Positions 25,907-37,928 of a DNA stretch of 64,000 nucleotides are shown here, one piece after another (positions within the stretch are counted from its first letter, which is position 1; each line of letters begins with the position of its first letter). Source of the stretch: an uncultured SAR86 cluster bacterium. Lineage in GTDB: Bacteria > Pseudomonadota > Gammaproteobacteria > Magnimaribacterales > D2472. Both the position numbers and the translations under genes were made by a program. Where the stretch lies: contig CACMVA010000002.1 in assembly GCA_902617045.1 (NCBI GenBank), forward strand, positions 100,014 to 164,013, in the 5' to 3' direction. The notes under the pieces were generated by a model, which did no database searches, was not told the origin of the DNA, and saw only the letters and a list, made by a program, of their open reading frames with translations.

Positions 25907-26542
25907 CTATAAAAAATCAGTAATTAATTTAAAGATTATTGCCAAAACAAAAGAGGATGTTATGACTGCTCTTACGCTGGCTATTACTGGAAGCATCTTG
26001 CCCCATATAGCATTAGCTTCAATTACAAAGATTATAGCAAGACCGATAATAAGACTTAAACTACTCCAATCTTCTAAAACCAAATAAGAACCAGGTGCAT
26101 GAGCCGAGTAAACCATATACATCAGCATAGGAACAGAAAATAATGTGTTTGTTCTTGATGCTAAGCCTGCTTTTGCAGCAGCAGTTGCTACATCACCATC
26201 TTTCATACCAAGGACAATTTTTTGATTTCTCCATATAATTCCCCATACATTGAGCATCATTATTGTTCCCATTGTCACACCTAATATTATTTCTGTACCA
26301 ATTCTTGCTGTTATTTGATGAATAAGGATCAAGCCTGTTAAAAAAGTGAAAAATGCTGCCCACCTAAACCACCATAGCGCATTTGGTGCTAATTTTTTCA
26401 TTACGTCTGCTTTTGCATCAGGATCTGCAACTTTCACATATTCAGTTTGAACAAAATTAAAATAATACAAAAGTCCAATCCATGCTATTCCAAAAAGAAT
26501 ATGGAATGATCTAAAAAAAGCTTGATCAGTTAGTAAATCCAT
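25907..26542 (-). CDS. integral membrane protein resembling the N-terminal membrane domain of urate hydroxylase PuuD (function unknown)
   Basis: 211 aa with ~5 TM segments. The motif HILFGIAWIGLLYYFNFVQ resembles the Urate_ox_N family as I recall it. No cytochrome c domain is attached. Confidence 0.45.
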   Translation of the reverse strand: MDLLTDQAFFRSFHILFGIAWIGLLYYFNFVQTEYVKVADPDAKADVMKKLAPNALWWFRWAAFFTFLTGLILIHQITARIGTEIILGVTMGTIMMLNVWGIIWRNQKIVLGMKDGDVATAAAKAGLASRTNTLFSVPMLMYMVYSAHAPGSYLVLEDWSSLSLIIGLAIIFVIEANAIWGKMLPVIASVRAVITSSFVLAIIFKLITDFL

Positions 26543-26600
26543 AATAACTCCTCTAAAGTGTGTAGTTATATATTAATTGAAATAATAATTGAAATCTAAT

Positions 26601-26630
26601 AAAAAACGGGGATAAATCCCCGTTTTTTTT
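26601..26630 (-). terminator. rho-independent terminator downstream of groEL
   Basis: AAAAAA-CGGGGA-TAAA-TCCCCG-TTTTTTTT: a GC-rich 6-bp stem flanked by A and T runs, so it is structurally bidirectional. Confidence 0.8.
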
Positions 26631-26644
26631 AAGTACATGTTGTA

Positions 26645-28291
<1,647 letters not shown>

Positions 28292-28312
28292 TTATCTCCC
28301 TATTCTTATAAT

Positions 28313-28600
28313 TTATTCAACAACGCCGAAAATATCTTTTTCACTTAGAATAAGATATTCTTCGCCATCTAATTTAATTTCATTGCCGCCATATTGGCCA
28401 AAAATAACCGTATCACCAACTGATACATTCATAGATACAGACTCACCTGAATCAGAAACCTTTCCAGGCCCAACTGCTACAACTTCTCCTTGAGAAGGCT
28501 TTTCTTTTGCAGAACCTGAAAGGATTATTCCACCTGATGATGTTTCCTCTTCTTCAGTTCTTTTTACAAGAACATTGTCGTGTAATGGTCTTAATTTCAT
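28313..28600 (-). CDS. groES: co-chaperonin GroES
   Basis: 95 aa starting MKLRPLHDNVLVKR, with a mobile loop. Confidence 0.95.
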   Translation of the reverse strand: MKLRPLHDNVLVKRTEEEETSSGGIILSGSAKEKPSQGEVVAVGPGKVSDSGESVSMNVSVGDTVIFGQYGGNEIKLDGEEYLILSEKDIFGVVE

Positions 28601-28642
28601 TTATCTCTCCATATAAATTACTTAAATTAATCTTATCCAATA

Positions 28643-28669
28643 ATTAAGGGCTAAAAAATATAAATCAAT
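28643..28669 (-). promoter_or_regulatory. weak candidate sigma-32 promoter of groES-groEL
   Basis: The minus strand reads ATTGAT-N13-CCCTTAAT, versus E. coli groE CTTGAA-N13-CCCCATTT. The geometry fits but only partial identity is seen. Confidence 0.3.
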
Positions 28670-28676
28670 AGGCAAT

Positions 28677-29009
28677 TTAACTTTTTAACTTATTAATTAG
28701 AAGCGCAATTGTAACTCCAAAAAGGTTTGCAAGTAAGTCAAAATACTCAAAATACCTATTTGGATGAAAATAATGTATTAGTTCGATAAACGCCCCAAAT
28801 AAAAAAATATAAATAGCTAAGGTCAAATTAGAAATTTTGAATTTACATATAAAACCAACAAAGCAAAGGTATGCATAAATTGATAAATGAACTAACTTAT
28901 CAGACAACATAGATAAAGAATTAAATCTTGGAATGTCATTAGCGTTTACGGTGCTTAATATAAATACAACAATAAGTGAAAAATAAAATATTTGCCTGCT
29001 ATATTTCAT
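28677..29009 (-). CDS. VanZ-like small membrane protein
   Basis: 110 aa with 3-4 TM segments and conserved DK..H and E..H......D...N..G spacing. Confidence 0.55.
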   Translation of the reverse strand: MKYSRQIFYFSLIVVFILSTVNANDIPRFNSLSMLSDKLVHLSIYAYLCFVGFICKFKISNLTLAIYIFLFGAFIELIHYFHPNRYFEYFDLLANLFGVTIALLINKLKS

Positions 29010-29016
29010 TATCTAG

Positions 29017-30273
29017 TTATTTTATTAAATTAAAAAAACTTCTATTTTGATGGATCATTAGTATTGCTGGCAAAGCTAAGATCGATGTAAATATATAAAA
29101 AGACATCCAGCCATAGGAAAATCCATACAAACTTTGAAAGTTTTCAACTATTAATCCAGAAAATCCTGCAAATATTTTTCCTAAGAATGCCATTAATGAG
29201 GTCAATAATGCGTACTGAAATCCTGTGTACTTTTGAGAAACTAAACTAGTTAAGAAAGTAATATTTACAGTACCTACAATTCCTGCTGCAATGCTATCGG
29301 AAGCTACAATTGAAGCCAACAAGGTCAGATTTTTTTCACTTAAAGCTGCATAAGAAAAAAATAAGTTTGTAAACATGACTAAAATACCGCCAATAATTAA
29401 TGACTTATATAAACCAATTCTTTTTATTAATATGCCACCCAGAAAGACTCCAAAAATTGTTGCAATTAATGCGACTACTTTCACAATGTAACCTATTTCC
29501 TCAAGCGTATAGCCCATATCAATATAAAAAGGATTTGCCATTGGGCCCATTACAATATCAGTTAATCTGTATGTGGCTACAATTAAGAGAAGAATTGAAG
29601 CCATCTTTATTCCAAATCTAGAAAAGAAATCCTTTATTGGTTCAATTATTGAATTTATATGATTTAACTTCTGAAGATCATGATTTTGTGATTCACTTGA
29701 AATGAGCATTGATAAGACTATGTTCACAATAAATATTAAAGCCATTAATTGATAAGCAAATGACCAAGAGAAATTAGCTGCGATTATTAGTGCTAAAGAA
29801 GACCCTACTAAGATTGCAATTCTGTATCCAAACTGATAACCAGCTGCTAAATTTCCTTGATCTTCTAGCTTTGCACTTTCAATTCTATAGGCATCTATTG
29901 CAATATCTTGTATCGAACCTGCCAAAGCAATAATTAGAGCAATAAATGCAAAAAGAGAAAGATTTGTTATTGGATTTATAGTTGAGAGTATAAATAAAGA
30001 AATAATTATTATGATTTGCATCAAAACAATCCAACTTCTTCGTGAACCAAAAATATTAAAAAAAGGTATCGAAAATCTATCTATAAATGGTGCCCAAAGA
30101 AATTTAATTGAATACGCTAAGCTAATCCAACTTATAAAACCAATAATACTCAAATCTATGCCTACATCCCTTAACCATGCAGTGAGTGTTATTAGAATTA
30201 ACACATAAGGCAAACCAGAGGCAAATCCAAAGCCCGAGAATGACATTATTTTTAAATAGTCATTCTTAATCAT
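29017..30273 (-). CDS. ampG: muropeptide permease AmpG (MFS)
   Basis: Polytopic MFS protein (GFASGLPYVL, WAPFIDR motif), downstream of ampD. The start is taken at the ATGA overlap with the ampD stop. Confidence 0.8.
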   Translation of the reverse strand: MIKNDYLKIMSFSGFGFASGLPYVLILITLTAWLRDVGIDLSIIGFISWISLAYSIKFLWAPFIDRFSIPFFNIFGSRRSWIVLMQIIIIISLFILSTINPITNLSLFAFIALIIALAGSIQDIAIDAYRIESAKLEDQGNLAAGYQFGYRIAILVGSSLALIIAANFSWSFAYQLMALIFIVNIVLSMLISSESQNHDLQKLNHINSIIEPIKDFFSRFGIKMASILLLIVATYRLTDIVMGPMANPFYIDMGYTLEEIGYIVKVVALIATIFGVFLGGILIKRIGLYKSLIIGGILVMFTNLFFSYAALSEKNLTLLASIVASDSIAAGIVGTVNITFLTSLVSQKYTGFQYALLTSLMAFLGKIFAGFSGLIVENFQSLYGFSYGWMSFYIFTSILALPAILMIHQNRSFFNLIK

Positions 30274-30809
30274 AGTGCATCTAAATATCTTCGCCATTCA
30301 AATTTATCACCAGGATCTGTTTTCCTTCCAGGTGATATATCAGAATGGCCAACGATATTTTCCTTATTTATTTCTGGATAATTTTTAATAATCAATTTTG
30401 AAATTTTAATCAATGATTTGTATTGTTCGTTTGAATAAACATCACAGTCTGTTCCTTCCAGCTCAATTCCAATTGAATAGTTATTACAATCTTTAATGCC
30501 CTTAAAAGATGATTCGCCAGCATGCCATGCTCGCATGTCTAAAGGTACAAATTGAATAATTTCACCAGTTCTCTTTATATAAAGGTGAGATGATACTCTT
30601 ATATCTTGAATCTCTTGAAAATAATCATGATCAGATATGACGAGTTTGTTCATAAAAAAATCTTCTACATAGTTATTTCCGTAAACATTTGGCGGAAGGC
30701 TAATTGAGTGAATTACTATTAAGCTTATTTTTGTGTTTTCAGGTCTTTCATTAAAATTTGGAGAATCGACGAATTTAATATTTTTAAAAATATGATTTTC
30801 AATTTCCAT
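30270..30809 (-). CDS. ampD: 1,6-anhydro-N-acetylmuramyl-L-alanine amidase AmpD
   Basis: 179 aa with amidase_2 motifs HSISLPP, RAWHAG and GHSDISPGRKTDPG. Confidence 0.85.
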   Translation of the reverse strand: MEIENHIFKNIKFVDSPNFNERPENTKISLIVIHSISLPPNVYGNNYVEDFFMNKLVISDHDYFQEIQDIRVSSHLYIKRTGEIIQFVPLDMRAWHAGESSFKGIKDCNNYSIGIELEGTDCDVYSNEQYKSLIKISKLIIKNYPEINKENIVGHSDISPGRKTDPGDKFEWRRYLDAL

Positions 30810-31748
30810 TTATCTCAATCCAGGAGGCATTTTAAAATAAACATTCTCAGTATCTTCGCCATCCTCAATAAGCTTTGCTCCAAAATAATCTTCAAGAGAT
30901 TTTGCGATTTCCATAACTCTTGATTCTGGAGCAGATGCTCCAGCTGTAATAGCAATATTTTTACATTTTTTAATATCCTCAAGATTTAAGTCTGAAAATT
31001 CATCTATTAAAGTTGATTTACAACCACATTTTTCAGCAAGCTCTTTAAGTCTATTCGAGTTTGAGCTATTTTTTGATCCGACTACAATAATATAATCTGA
31101 TTCAAGAGCTAGCTGTTTTACAGCATCTTGCCTGTTTTGTGTTGCATAACAAATATCATCTTTTTTTGGAACTTCAATATTTGGAAATCTTTTTCTTAGT
31201 ATATCTATTATCGAAATTGTCTCATCAACACTTAGTGTTGTCTGAGTGACAAGAGCAAGACTTTCGCTATTGTTTACATTAATATTTATTGCATCATTCT
31301 CATCTTGAACTAAATATATTGAACTATTTTCCGAATTTATATGACGGCCCATCGTACCCTCAACTTCTGGATGGCCTTCATGGCCAATTAAAATAATATC
31401 TCTATTTGCTTTAGCATGTTTTCTTACTTCCATATGAACTTTGGTAACTAAAGGGCATGTGGCATCAAAAAAATTTAGATTTCTTGCCTTAGTAGTCTCC
31501 TCTACTTCGCTGGATACTCCATGGGCACTAAAAATTACTAATGAATCATCAGGAATCTCATCAATTTCCTCCACAAATACTGCACCCCTATTTCTTAAAT
31601 CATCCACAACTACTTTATTGTGAACAACTTCATGTTTCACATACACAGGAGCTCCATATATATCAAGAGCTTTATTTACAATGTCTATAGCTCTATCAAC
31701 ACCAGCACAAAAGCCTCGTGGGTTGGCTAATTTTATTTCTTTAGTCAT
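30810..31748 (-). CDS. ispH: 4-hydroxy-3-methylbut-2-enyl diphosphate reductase
   Basis: 312 aa with the motifs GFCAGVDRAI, CPLVTKVH and HPEV. Confidence 0.95.
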   Translation of the reverse strand: MTKEIKLANPRGFCAGVDRAIDIVNKALDIYGAPVYVKHEVVHNKVVVDDLRNRGAVFVEEIDEIPDDSLVIFSAHGVSSEVEETTKARNLNFFDATCPLVTKVHMEVRKHAKANRDIILIGHEGHPEVEGTMGRHINSENSSIYLVQDENDAININVNNSESLALVTQTTLSVDETISIIDILRKRFPNIEVPKKDDICYATQNRQDAVKQLALESDYIIVVGSKNSSNSNRLKELAEKCGCKSTLIDEFSDLNLEDIKKCKNIAITAGASAPESRVMEIAKSLEDYFGAKLIEDGEDTENVYFKMPPGLR

Positions 31749-32231
31749 TTCAAATAATCTTTAAATTCAAAGTATATAATTAACATTGCGCCTATCGTTA
31801 TAAATGCATCAGCTAAATTAAATACAAAAAAGCGAGTAATTATATATTTTCAAATGAAGAAAGTCTGTTACGCTCCCATCATTAATTCTATCAAGGACAT
31901 TGCCAATCGCGCCGCTAGTTATAAATGACAAAGCAATTTTATTTCTGTCTTTAGTTTCATTGATGATCATCCATAAAAGATAAAGAGTAATCAATATAGT
32001 TAATATCAATAATAAATTTGAAGCCAACTCACCCTTATTATCAAAAATTCCAAAAGCAATTCCTGAATTGTAAATTAGTAGAAGTTCAATGAAAGGAAAA
32101 AAAGTTTTTATTGATTCTCCAAATAACAAATAACTATTTGCAAAAACTTTTGAGGATATATCTATTAATACTAGGAAAAAAATAACTAATATAAATCTAT
32201 AGCTATACAGATTTTCTTTGCTCGCCATCAT
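31745..32231 (-). CDS. lspA: lipoprotein signal peptidase II, reading frame interrupted by a 1-nt frameshift in a T6 run
   Basis: ORF 31818..32231 (137 aa) ends ...VTDFLHLKIYNYSLFCI*. The +1 frame continues VFNLADAFITIGAMLIIYFEFKDYLK*, the conserved LspA C-terminus. The restored stop overlaps the ispH ATG (ATGA). Confidence 0.8.
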
Positions 32232-34974
32232 TTTCTATATTATCAATGCATCTATTACATAACTCGGGATGTTCTTTGTTTGATCCCACTGATGAACATC
32301 TATGCCAACATCTTACACATTTGGTATTATTTGAAGGATTGACTTTAATTTTAAAGCTTTTTCCTTTACTTAGGTTTGCCTCTGAAGAGATAAATAAAAA
32401 GTGAAGTTCTTCTCCAAGCTTTTTAAGAATACTCATGTCATCTGGAGTAGCTTTAATATCTACAATTGAATCAAGTGATCCTTTAATTGTATTTTCATTC
32501 CTCATTTCCTCTATTGTTTGATTGACAGCATCTTTAATCTCAAAAATTCTTTTCCATTCAGATTGATTAATATTTGATTTAGAATCCTCTTCAAAATTTT
32601 CAAAGTTGGAGAGAAAAACAGAGTCTTGCTGACTATTCAATCTGTCACTTGTTTGCCAAATTTCTTCTGCAGTATAGGAAAGTATTGGAGAAATAAGCCT
32701 TACTAAAACATTCAAAATACAGTCAAGGCTTGTTTGACAAGATCTTCTTGCTAAAGAATCATTTTTGCATGTATAAAGCCTATCTTTAATTACATCCAGA
32801 TATACTCCTCCTAATTCGTTAACACAAAAATTATGTATTTTTTGAATTGCTTTATGGTAAGAAAAAGATTCATATAAGCTTATGACTTCTTTTTGAAGGG
32901 TTTTTATCTCATTTATAATCCATTTATCAAGTTCAACTTGATCTTCAAACATAATTTTATCTTTATCACTAAAATCGCTTAAATTTCCTAAAATAAATCT
33001 AAAAGTATTCCTTATTCGTCTGTATTGATCTGAAGTTCTCTTCAATATTTCGTCAGATGCTACCATTTCACTTCTAAAATCTGTTGAGGCTACCCAAAGC
33101 CTTAAGATATCTGCTCCTAGGCTATCCCAGACTTTCTGCGGAGAGACAACATTTCCAAGTGATTTTGATTGTTTTCTTCCTTTTTCGTCTACAACAAATC
33201 CATGAGTAAGAACCGTTTTATACGGCACTGATTTATTCATTGCTATACTTGTTAATAATGATGATTGGAACCATCCCCTATGTTGATCTGAGCCCTCTAA
33301 GTAAAGATCGGCAACAACATTAGCGCCAAATCTTTTTGCAGAAACTGCGAAGTGGGTTACCCCAGAATCAAACCAAACATCAAGTGAATCAGAGGTTTTA
33401 ATATAATCTTCATGATCATCGATATAATCTTTCAAATCTAAGGTATCCCAAGCAGAAATTCCATCTTTTTCAATAATTTGTGCAAATTTTTCAAATAGAC
33501 TATCTTGATCAGGATGTATTTCACCAGTATCTTTATGAACCACCAAAGTTATAGGAACACCCCAGTTTCTCTGTCTTGAAATACACCAATCAGGCCTATC
33601 GGTAAGCATAGATTCAATTCTTTGAAGGCCCCAAGAGGGTTCCCAATTAACACTTTTAATTAGCTCAAGAGCATCTTTGTTTAAGTTATTTTTATCCATA
33701 GAAATAAACCATTGTGGAGTAGATGTAAAAATTAAAGGCGTTTTTCTTCTCCAACAATGAGGATAAGAATGATGATAGTCTTCGATATTAATTAGAGCGT
33801 TATGTTCTTGTAATTTTTCAACAATAAGCGGGTCTGCTTTCATAGCTGGTAGTCCTGCAATAAAATCAAGCTCATCTTTGAAGAAACCCTTATTATTAAG
33901 CGAATGGATAGTTTCAATATTGTTTTTCTTACATATTAAATAATCATCCATACCATGAGCAGGAGCGGTATGAACACAACCTGTTCCTGTTTCAGTAGTA
34001 ACATGATCTGCATGAAGTAGAACTGATTTTCTTTTTAAAAAAGGATGGATAAGGTCAATATCAATTAATTTATTGCCTTTTATTGTCGATATAACATCAA
34101 ATTTTTGCTTCCATCTTTTGGAGCATTGATCAATCATCTCAAATGCAATTACATAAAATTTATTTTGCATACTAATGAGTGAGTATTCGAATTCAGGATT
34201 AATACAAACAGCTACATTTGAAGGAATTGTCCATGGCGTTGTTGTCCAAATAACAAAGAAAATTTCGTCTAGATCCTTAAAACTAAACAAATCTTTTACC
34301 TTCTCTAAAGATGAATCATCTACTTTGAATGAAACATCAATTGCTTTTGATGTTTTATCAATATACTCAACCTCTGCCTCTGCTAGTGATGACCCACTTT
34401 CTTGGCACCAATGAACGGGCTTCTCACCTTTTTCTAGGTGACCTTCTCTAAAAATAGCACCTAAAGACCTAACAATGTCTGCTTCAAATTTTGGATCTAA
34501 CGATTTATATGAATTTTCCCAATCACCAAATACTCCCAATCTTTTAAAATCATTTAATTGATTATTAATTTGGCTTTCAGCATATTCTTTACAGGCTTTT
34601 TGAAAACTTTCTTTATTTTTTACGAGTTCGCTATTTTTTCCATGTTTCTTTTCAACATTAAGTTCAATTGGAAGTCCATGACAGTCCCAACCCGGCACAT
34701 AAGGAGCATTAAATCCTTGAAGGGTTTTAAATTTTATAGTTATATCCTTAAGGATTTTATTAACTGAGTGTCCTAAATGGATGTCTCCGTTTGCATATGG
34801 AGGCCCATCGTGTAAGAGAAATAGTTCTTTATTCTCATATTTTTTTCTAATCTTTCCATATAAATCTGTTTTGGACCACAAATCCAATATCTCTGGTTCT
34901 TTTCTGGGCAATCCAGCCTTCATTGAAAAATCAGTATCTGGAAGATTTAATGTATCTCTATAGTTAACTGTCAT
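32203..34974 (-). CDS. ileS: isoleucine--tRNA ligase
   Basis: 923 aa with HIGH (DIHLGH), KMSKS (KQSKS) and a C-terminal zinc finger (CVRCWHR..CNRC). Confidence 0.97.
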   Translation of the reverse strand: MTVNYRDTLNLPDTDFSMKAGLPRKEPEILDLWSKTDLYGKIRKKYENKELFLLHDGPPYANGDIHLGHSVNKILKDITIKFKTLQGFNAPYVPGWDCHGLPIELNVEKKHGKNSELVKNKESFQKACKEYAESQINNQLNDFKRLGVFGDWENSYKSLDPKFEADIVRSLGAIFREGHLEKGEKPVHWCQESGSSLAEAEVEYIDKTSKAIDVSFKVDDSSLEKVKDLFSFKDLDEIFFVIWTTTPWTIPSNVAVCINPEFEYSLISMQNKFYVIAFEMIDQCSKRWKQKFDVISTIKGNKLIDIDLIHPFLKRKSVLLHADHVTTETGTGCVHTAPAHGMDDYLICKKNNIETIHSLNNKGFFKDELDFIAGLPAMKADPLIVEKLQEHNALINIEDYHHSYPHCWRRKTPLIFTSTPQWFISMDKNNLNKDALELIKSVNWEPSWGLQRIESMLTDRPDWCISRQRNWGVPITLVVHKDTGEIHPDQDSLFEKFAQIIEKDGISAWDTLDLKDYIDDHEDYIKTSDSLDVWFDSGVTHFAVSAKRFGANVVADLYLEGSDQHRGWFQSSLLTSIAMNKSVPYKTVLTHGFVVDEKGRKQSKSLGNVVSPQKVWDSLGADILRLWVASTDFRSEMVASDEILKRTSDQYRRIRNTFRFILGNLSDFSDKDKIMFEDQVELDKWIINEIKTLQKEVISLYESFSYHKAIQKIHNFCVNELGGVYLDVIKDRLYTCKNDSLARRSCQTSLDCILNVLVRLISPILSYTAEEIWQTSDRLNSQQDSVFLSNFENFEEDSKSNINQSEWKRIFEIKDAVNQTIEEMRNENTIKGSLDSIVDIKATPDDMSILKKLGEELHFLFISSEANLSKGKSFKIKVNPSNNTKCVRCWHRCSSVGSNKEHPELCNRCIDNIENDGEQRKSV

Positions 34975-35935
34975 TGGAATTTTGTAAAATATTTTTTGCT
35001 ATTGATATGTCCTCTTGGATTTGTGATTTTAACATGTCTAAATTATCAAATTTCTTTTCGTCTCTTATTTTTTCTACAAATTTGACACGTATTCTCTGAG
35101 AATAAATGTTCTCATTAAATTCAAATAAGTGAACTTCTAATACTGGTTTTTCACCACCAACAGTTGGTCTAACACCCATATTAGCTATCCCATTTAAACT
35201 CAGATCATTTAATTTGCATTTAACTGCATAAACTCCCTTAATTGGCAATCTTTGATTAGGTAGCCATATATTTGCCGTTGGAATATTAATCGTTCTTCCT
35301 AAATGTTGCCCATGAACGATTTTTCCTGAAAATGTATATGGTCTTCCAAGTAATTTTTCAGCATTATTAAAATTGTTATTTAAGAGTTCCTCTCTTATTC
35401 TTGTGCTGCTTACTCTTTGACCATCCAAGGTTATTGTTTCGGTGTTTTCTACCAAAATTCCTTTTTTCTCTCCCCAATTTTTTAATAAATCAGTATCCCC
35501 TTTTCTGCCTGCTCCAAATCGGAAATCATCTCCTACAGTAAAACTTACTAAATTTATTGAATCTAAAATTTGAGAAATGAAGTCATCAGGTGACATTGTT
35601 CTAAGTTTGCTATTAAATTTTAAAAAACAAGCAAAATCTATTTTACTTTTCTTTAGAAGTTGAAATTTTTCTCTCCATGGGCATATTCTTGGAGGTGGAA
35701 TTTGATTTTTATCTCTTACTTTAGAGAAATACTCTGCAGCATGGGGCTCAGTAAAAAAAACTATTGTTTTTGCATTATATTTTTGTGCATTATTTTTTAT
35801 TTTTTCTAAAATTGCCTGATGTCCTAAGTGCAATCCATCAAAATTCCCTATTGTTCCTGATAAAAGAACATTGGAATGTCTTGATTTAAATAACTTTAAG
35901 TTGTGTTGACCTCTTATTAAATACATTTTAATCAA
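34964..35935 (-). CDS. ribF: bifunctional riboflavin kinase / FMN adenylyltransferase
   Basis: 323 aa with GNFDGLHLGHQ and a C-terminal riboflavin kinase domain (PTANI, GVRPT). Confidence 0.9.
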   Translation of the reverse strand: MIKMYLIRGQHNLKLFKSRHSNVLLSGTIGNFDGLHLGHQAILEKIKNNAQKYNAKTIVFFTEPHAAEYFSKVRDKNQIPPPRICPWREKFQLLKKSKIDFACFLKFNSKLRTMSPDDFISQILDSINLVSFTVGDDFRFGAGRKGDTDLLKNWGEKKGILVENTETITLDGQRVSSTRIREELLNNNFNNAEKLLGRPYTFSGKIVHGQHLGRTINIPTANIWLPNQRLPIKGVYAVKCKLNDLSLNGIANMGVRPTVGGEKPVLEVHLFEFNENIYSQRIRVKFVEKIRDEKKFDNLDMLKSQIQEDISIAKNILQNSNDS

Positions 35936-37496
35936 ATAAAAATCTGAGTGGTTTATTTAACATTAATCTTGAAATTGAAAAATAAATAACAACAGAAGCA
36001 AAGACTTCAATTGATAAATAAAATATTCTTTCAACTTGGGTTAATTTCATAAAATTTATCTCTGAAGTATAAAAATATAAAAAAATTATTAAAAATAAGC
36101 TCGAAATAAATAAGTTAAAACTAAATTTATTTATAATACTCCTTGATTTAATAAACCCATCTCTATACAAAACAATTTCTAGAGTTAATACGCTAATTAT
36201 AGCTGCTAAAGAACTACCAATTGCAATGCCTACGTGTCCATAATCTAAAACAAATGCTAAATAATAATTAAATATCACATTCAAAAATAACGATGCTAGA
36301 GCAACGTACATTGGTGTTTTGGTATCCTTTCTTGCAAAAAATGCTGGAGTTAAAACTTTCATAAGCATAAAAAAGGGCAATCCAAATGAAAATGCCATAA
36401 GGCTATAAGATGAATTAATAACATCTATTGATGAAAAAGCGCCTCTATAAAAAATAGTACTTATCAAGTCTTCTGCACAGAAAAACAAACCTATTAAAGA
36501 TGGTAATCCAATATATAAAACAAATTTTTGGCCCTTTTGTATTCCTGCAATAAATTTATCCTTTTCATCATTAAGATCAAATTTTGATAGCGTTGGCAGT
36601 AACACTGTGCCAATTGCAATCGCAAAAATTCCCATTGGAAACTGAATTAATCTGTCAGAAATATATAGCCAAGTTGGACTTCCTGTTTCTAGCAATGATG
36701 CAAAAATTGTATCTATAAGTAAATTAATTTGAATGATTCCGCCAGCTAAAACTGCAGGAACAATTAGTTTAAAAAACTTCTTTATGCCTGGGTTATTAAA
36801 ATTAAGCCTTGGAATAGGTAATCTGTTAATTCTCCATAAAGGTAAAATTTGAATGAGAAGCTGAACTATACCTGCTAACAACACTCCCCACGCAAGAACA
36901 TAAATAGGCATTTCGTACTTTGGCGCAATTGCTACTGCAGCAATTATTAGGGATAAATTAAAAAAAACAGGTGTGTAAGCTGGAATTGAGAATCTCTTAT
37001 GAGTATTTTGAATCCCGCCTGCAAAGGCTACCAGTGAAATTAAAGCTAGATATGGAAACATTATTCTCAAAACATTAATTGCCAAATCTTTTTTTACAGG
37101 ATCAAAATAAAAACCAGGAGCAAAAATAAAAATAAATATTGGTGCAAAAATTAATACAATTAAAGTAAAAATAAATAAAGTAGTTATGAGAATTCCAGCA
37201 AGGGAATTTAAAAACTCAAACGTACTGTCTGAATTATTTTCTTTTTCATAATCACTGTATATTGGTATAAATGCTTGATTAAAAGCTCCTTCGGCAAAAA
37301 ACCTTCTAAACAAGTTTGGAATCTTTAGGCAGATTACAAAAATATCATGAAATATTGATGCACCCAGAAGGTTTGTTGTTGAAATATCTCTAATCAAACC
37401 AAATACTCTTGAGAGGCCTGTTCCAGAAATAACTTTTCTTAAATTAGTGAATAATCCGCCAGAAGATCCTTTATTTATATTATTGATTTTGTTCAA
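35928..37496 (-). CDS. murJ: lipid II flippase MurJ
   Basis: 522 aa and polytopic (MVIN/MOP family). It lies upstream of ribF, as in Pseudomonas. Confidence 0.9.
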   Translation of the reverse strand: MNKINNINKGSSGGLFTNLRKVISGTGLSRVFGLIRDISTTNLLGASIFHDIFVICLKIPNLFRRFFAEGAFNQAFIPIYSDYEKENNSDSTFEFLNSLAGILITTLFIFTLIVLIFAPIFIFIFAPGFYFDPVKKDLAINVLRIMFPYLALISLVAFAGGIQNTHKRFSIPAYTPVFFNLSLIIAAVAIAPKYEMPIYVLAWGVLLAGIVQLLIQILPLWRINRLPIPRLNFNNPGIKKFFKLIVPAVLAGGIIQINLLIDTIFASLLETGSPTWLYISDRLIQFPMGIFAIAIGTVLLPTLSKFDLNDEKDKFIAGIQKGQKFVLYIGLPSLIGLFFCAEDLISTIFYRGAFSSIDVINSSYSLMAFSFGLPFFMLMKVLTPAFFARKDTKTPMYVALASLFLNVIFNYYLAFVLDYGHVGIAIGSSLAAIISVLTLEIVLYRDGFIKSRSIINKFSFNLFISSLFLIIFLYFYTSEINFMKLTQVERIFYLSIEVFASVVIYFSISRLMLNKPLRFLFD

Positions 37497-37875
37497 AATC
37501 TAAAGATGCAGAATTTATACAATATCTCAAACCAGTTGGTTGAGGTCCATCATTGAACACATGTCCGAGATGAGCGTCGCATTTAGAACACTTTACTTCA
37601 GTTCTAGTCATTCCAAATGAATTATCTTCAAACTCATTAATACAATCACTATCAACAGGAATAAAAAAGCTTGGCCAACCGCAGCCAGCATCAAATTTGG
37701 TATCTGATTCAAAGAGACTTTCTCCACAACAGATGCATTTATAGATGCCATCTTCATTAAAGTTCCAGTACTTGCCAGTGAATGGCCTTTCAGTTCCAGA
37801 TTGTCTGGTTACCCTAAATGATTCATCGCTGAGGAGTTTTTTCCAGTCATCGTCTGTTTTAGTATGATTCGACAT
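37480..37875 (-). CDS. msrB: peptide-methionine (R)-S-oxide reductase
   Basis: 131 aa with a zinc-binding CxxC pair (CICCG, CSKCD) and a catalytic RYCINS motif. Confidence 0.9.
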   Translation of the reverse strand: MSNHTKTDDDWKKLLSDESFRVTRQSGTERPFTGKYWNFNEDGIYKCICCGESLFESDTKFDAGCGWPSFFIPVDSDCINEFEDNSFGMTRTEVKCSKCDAHLGHVFNDGPQPTGLRYCINSASLDFEQNQ

Positions 37876-37928
37876 ACCTAATTGTAATTAAAAAGAGTGT
37901 AATTAGATAGAAAATAGATTATCAGACT

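Noticed and set aside
31818-31840. Programmed +1 frameshifting in lspA, by analogy to prfB
   Set aside because: There is no in-frame stop-codon pause at the slip site with an upstream SD-like stimulator, and T6 is short for transcriptional slippage. A homopolymer indel (error or mutation) is the simpler explanation. It is kept as a finding only because the gene is essential.
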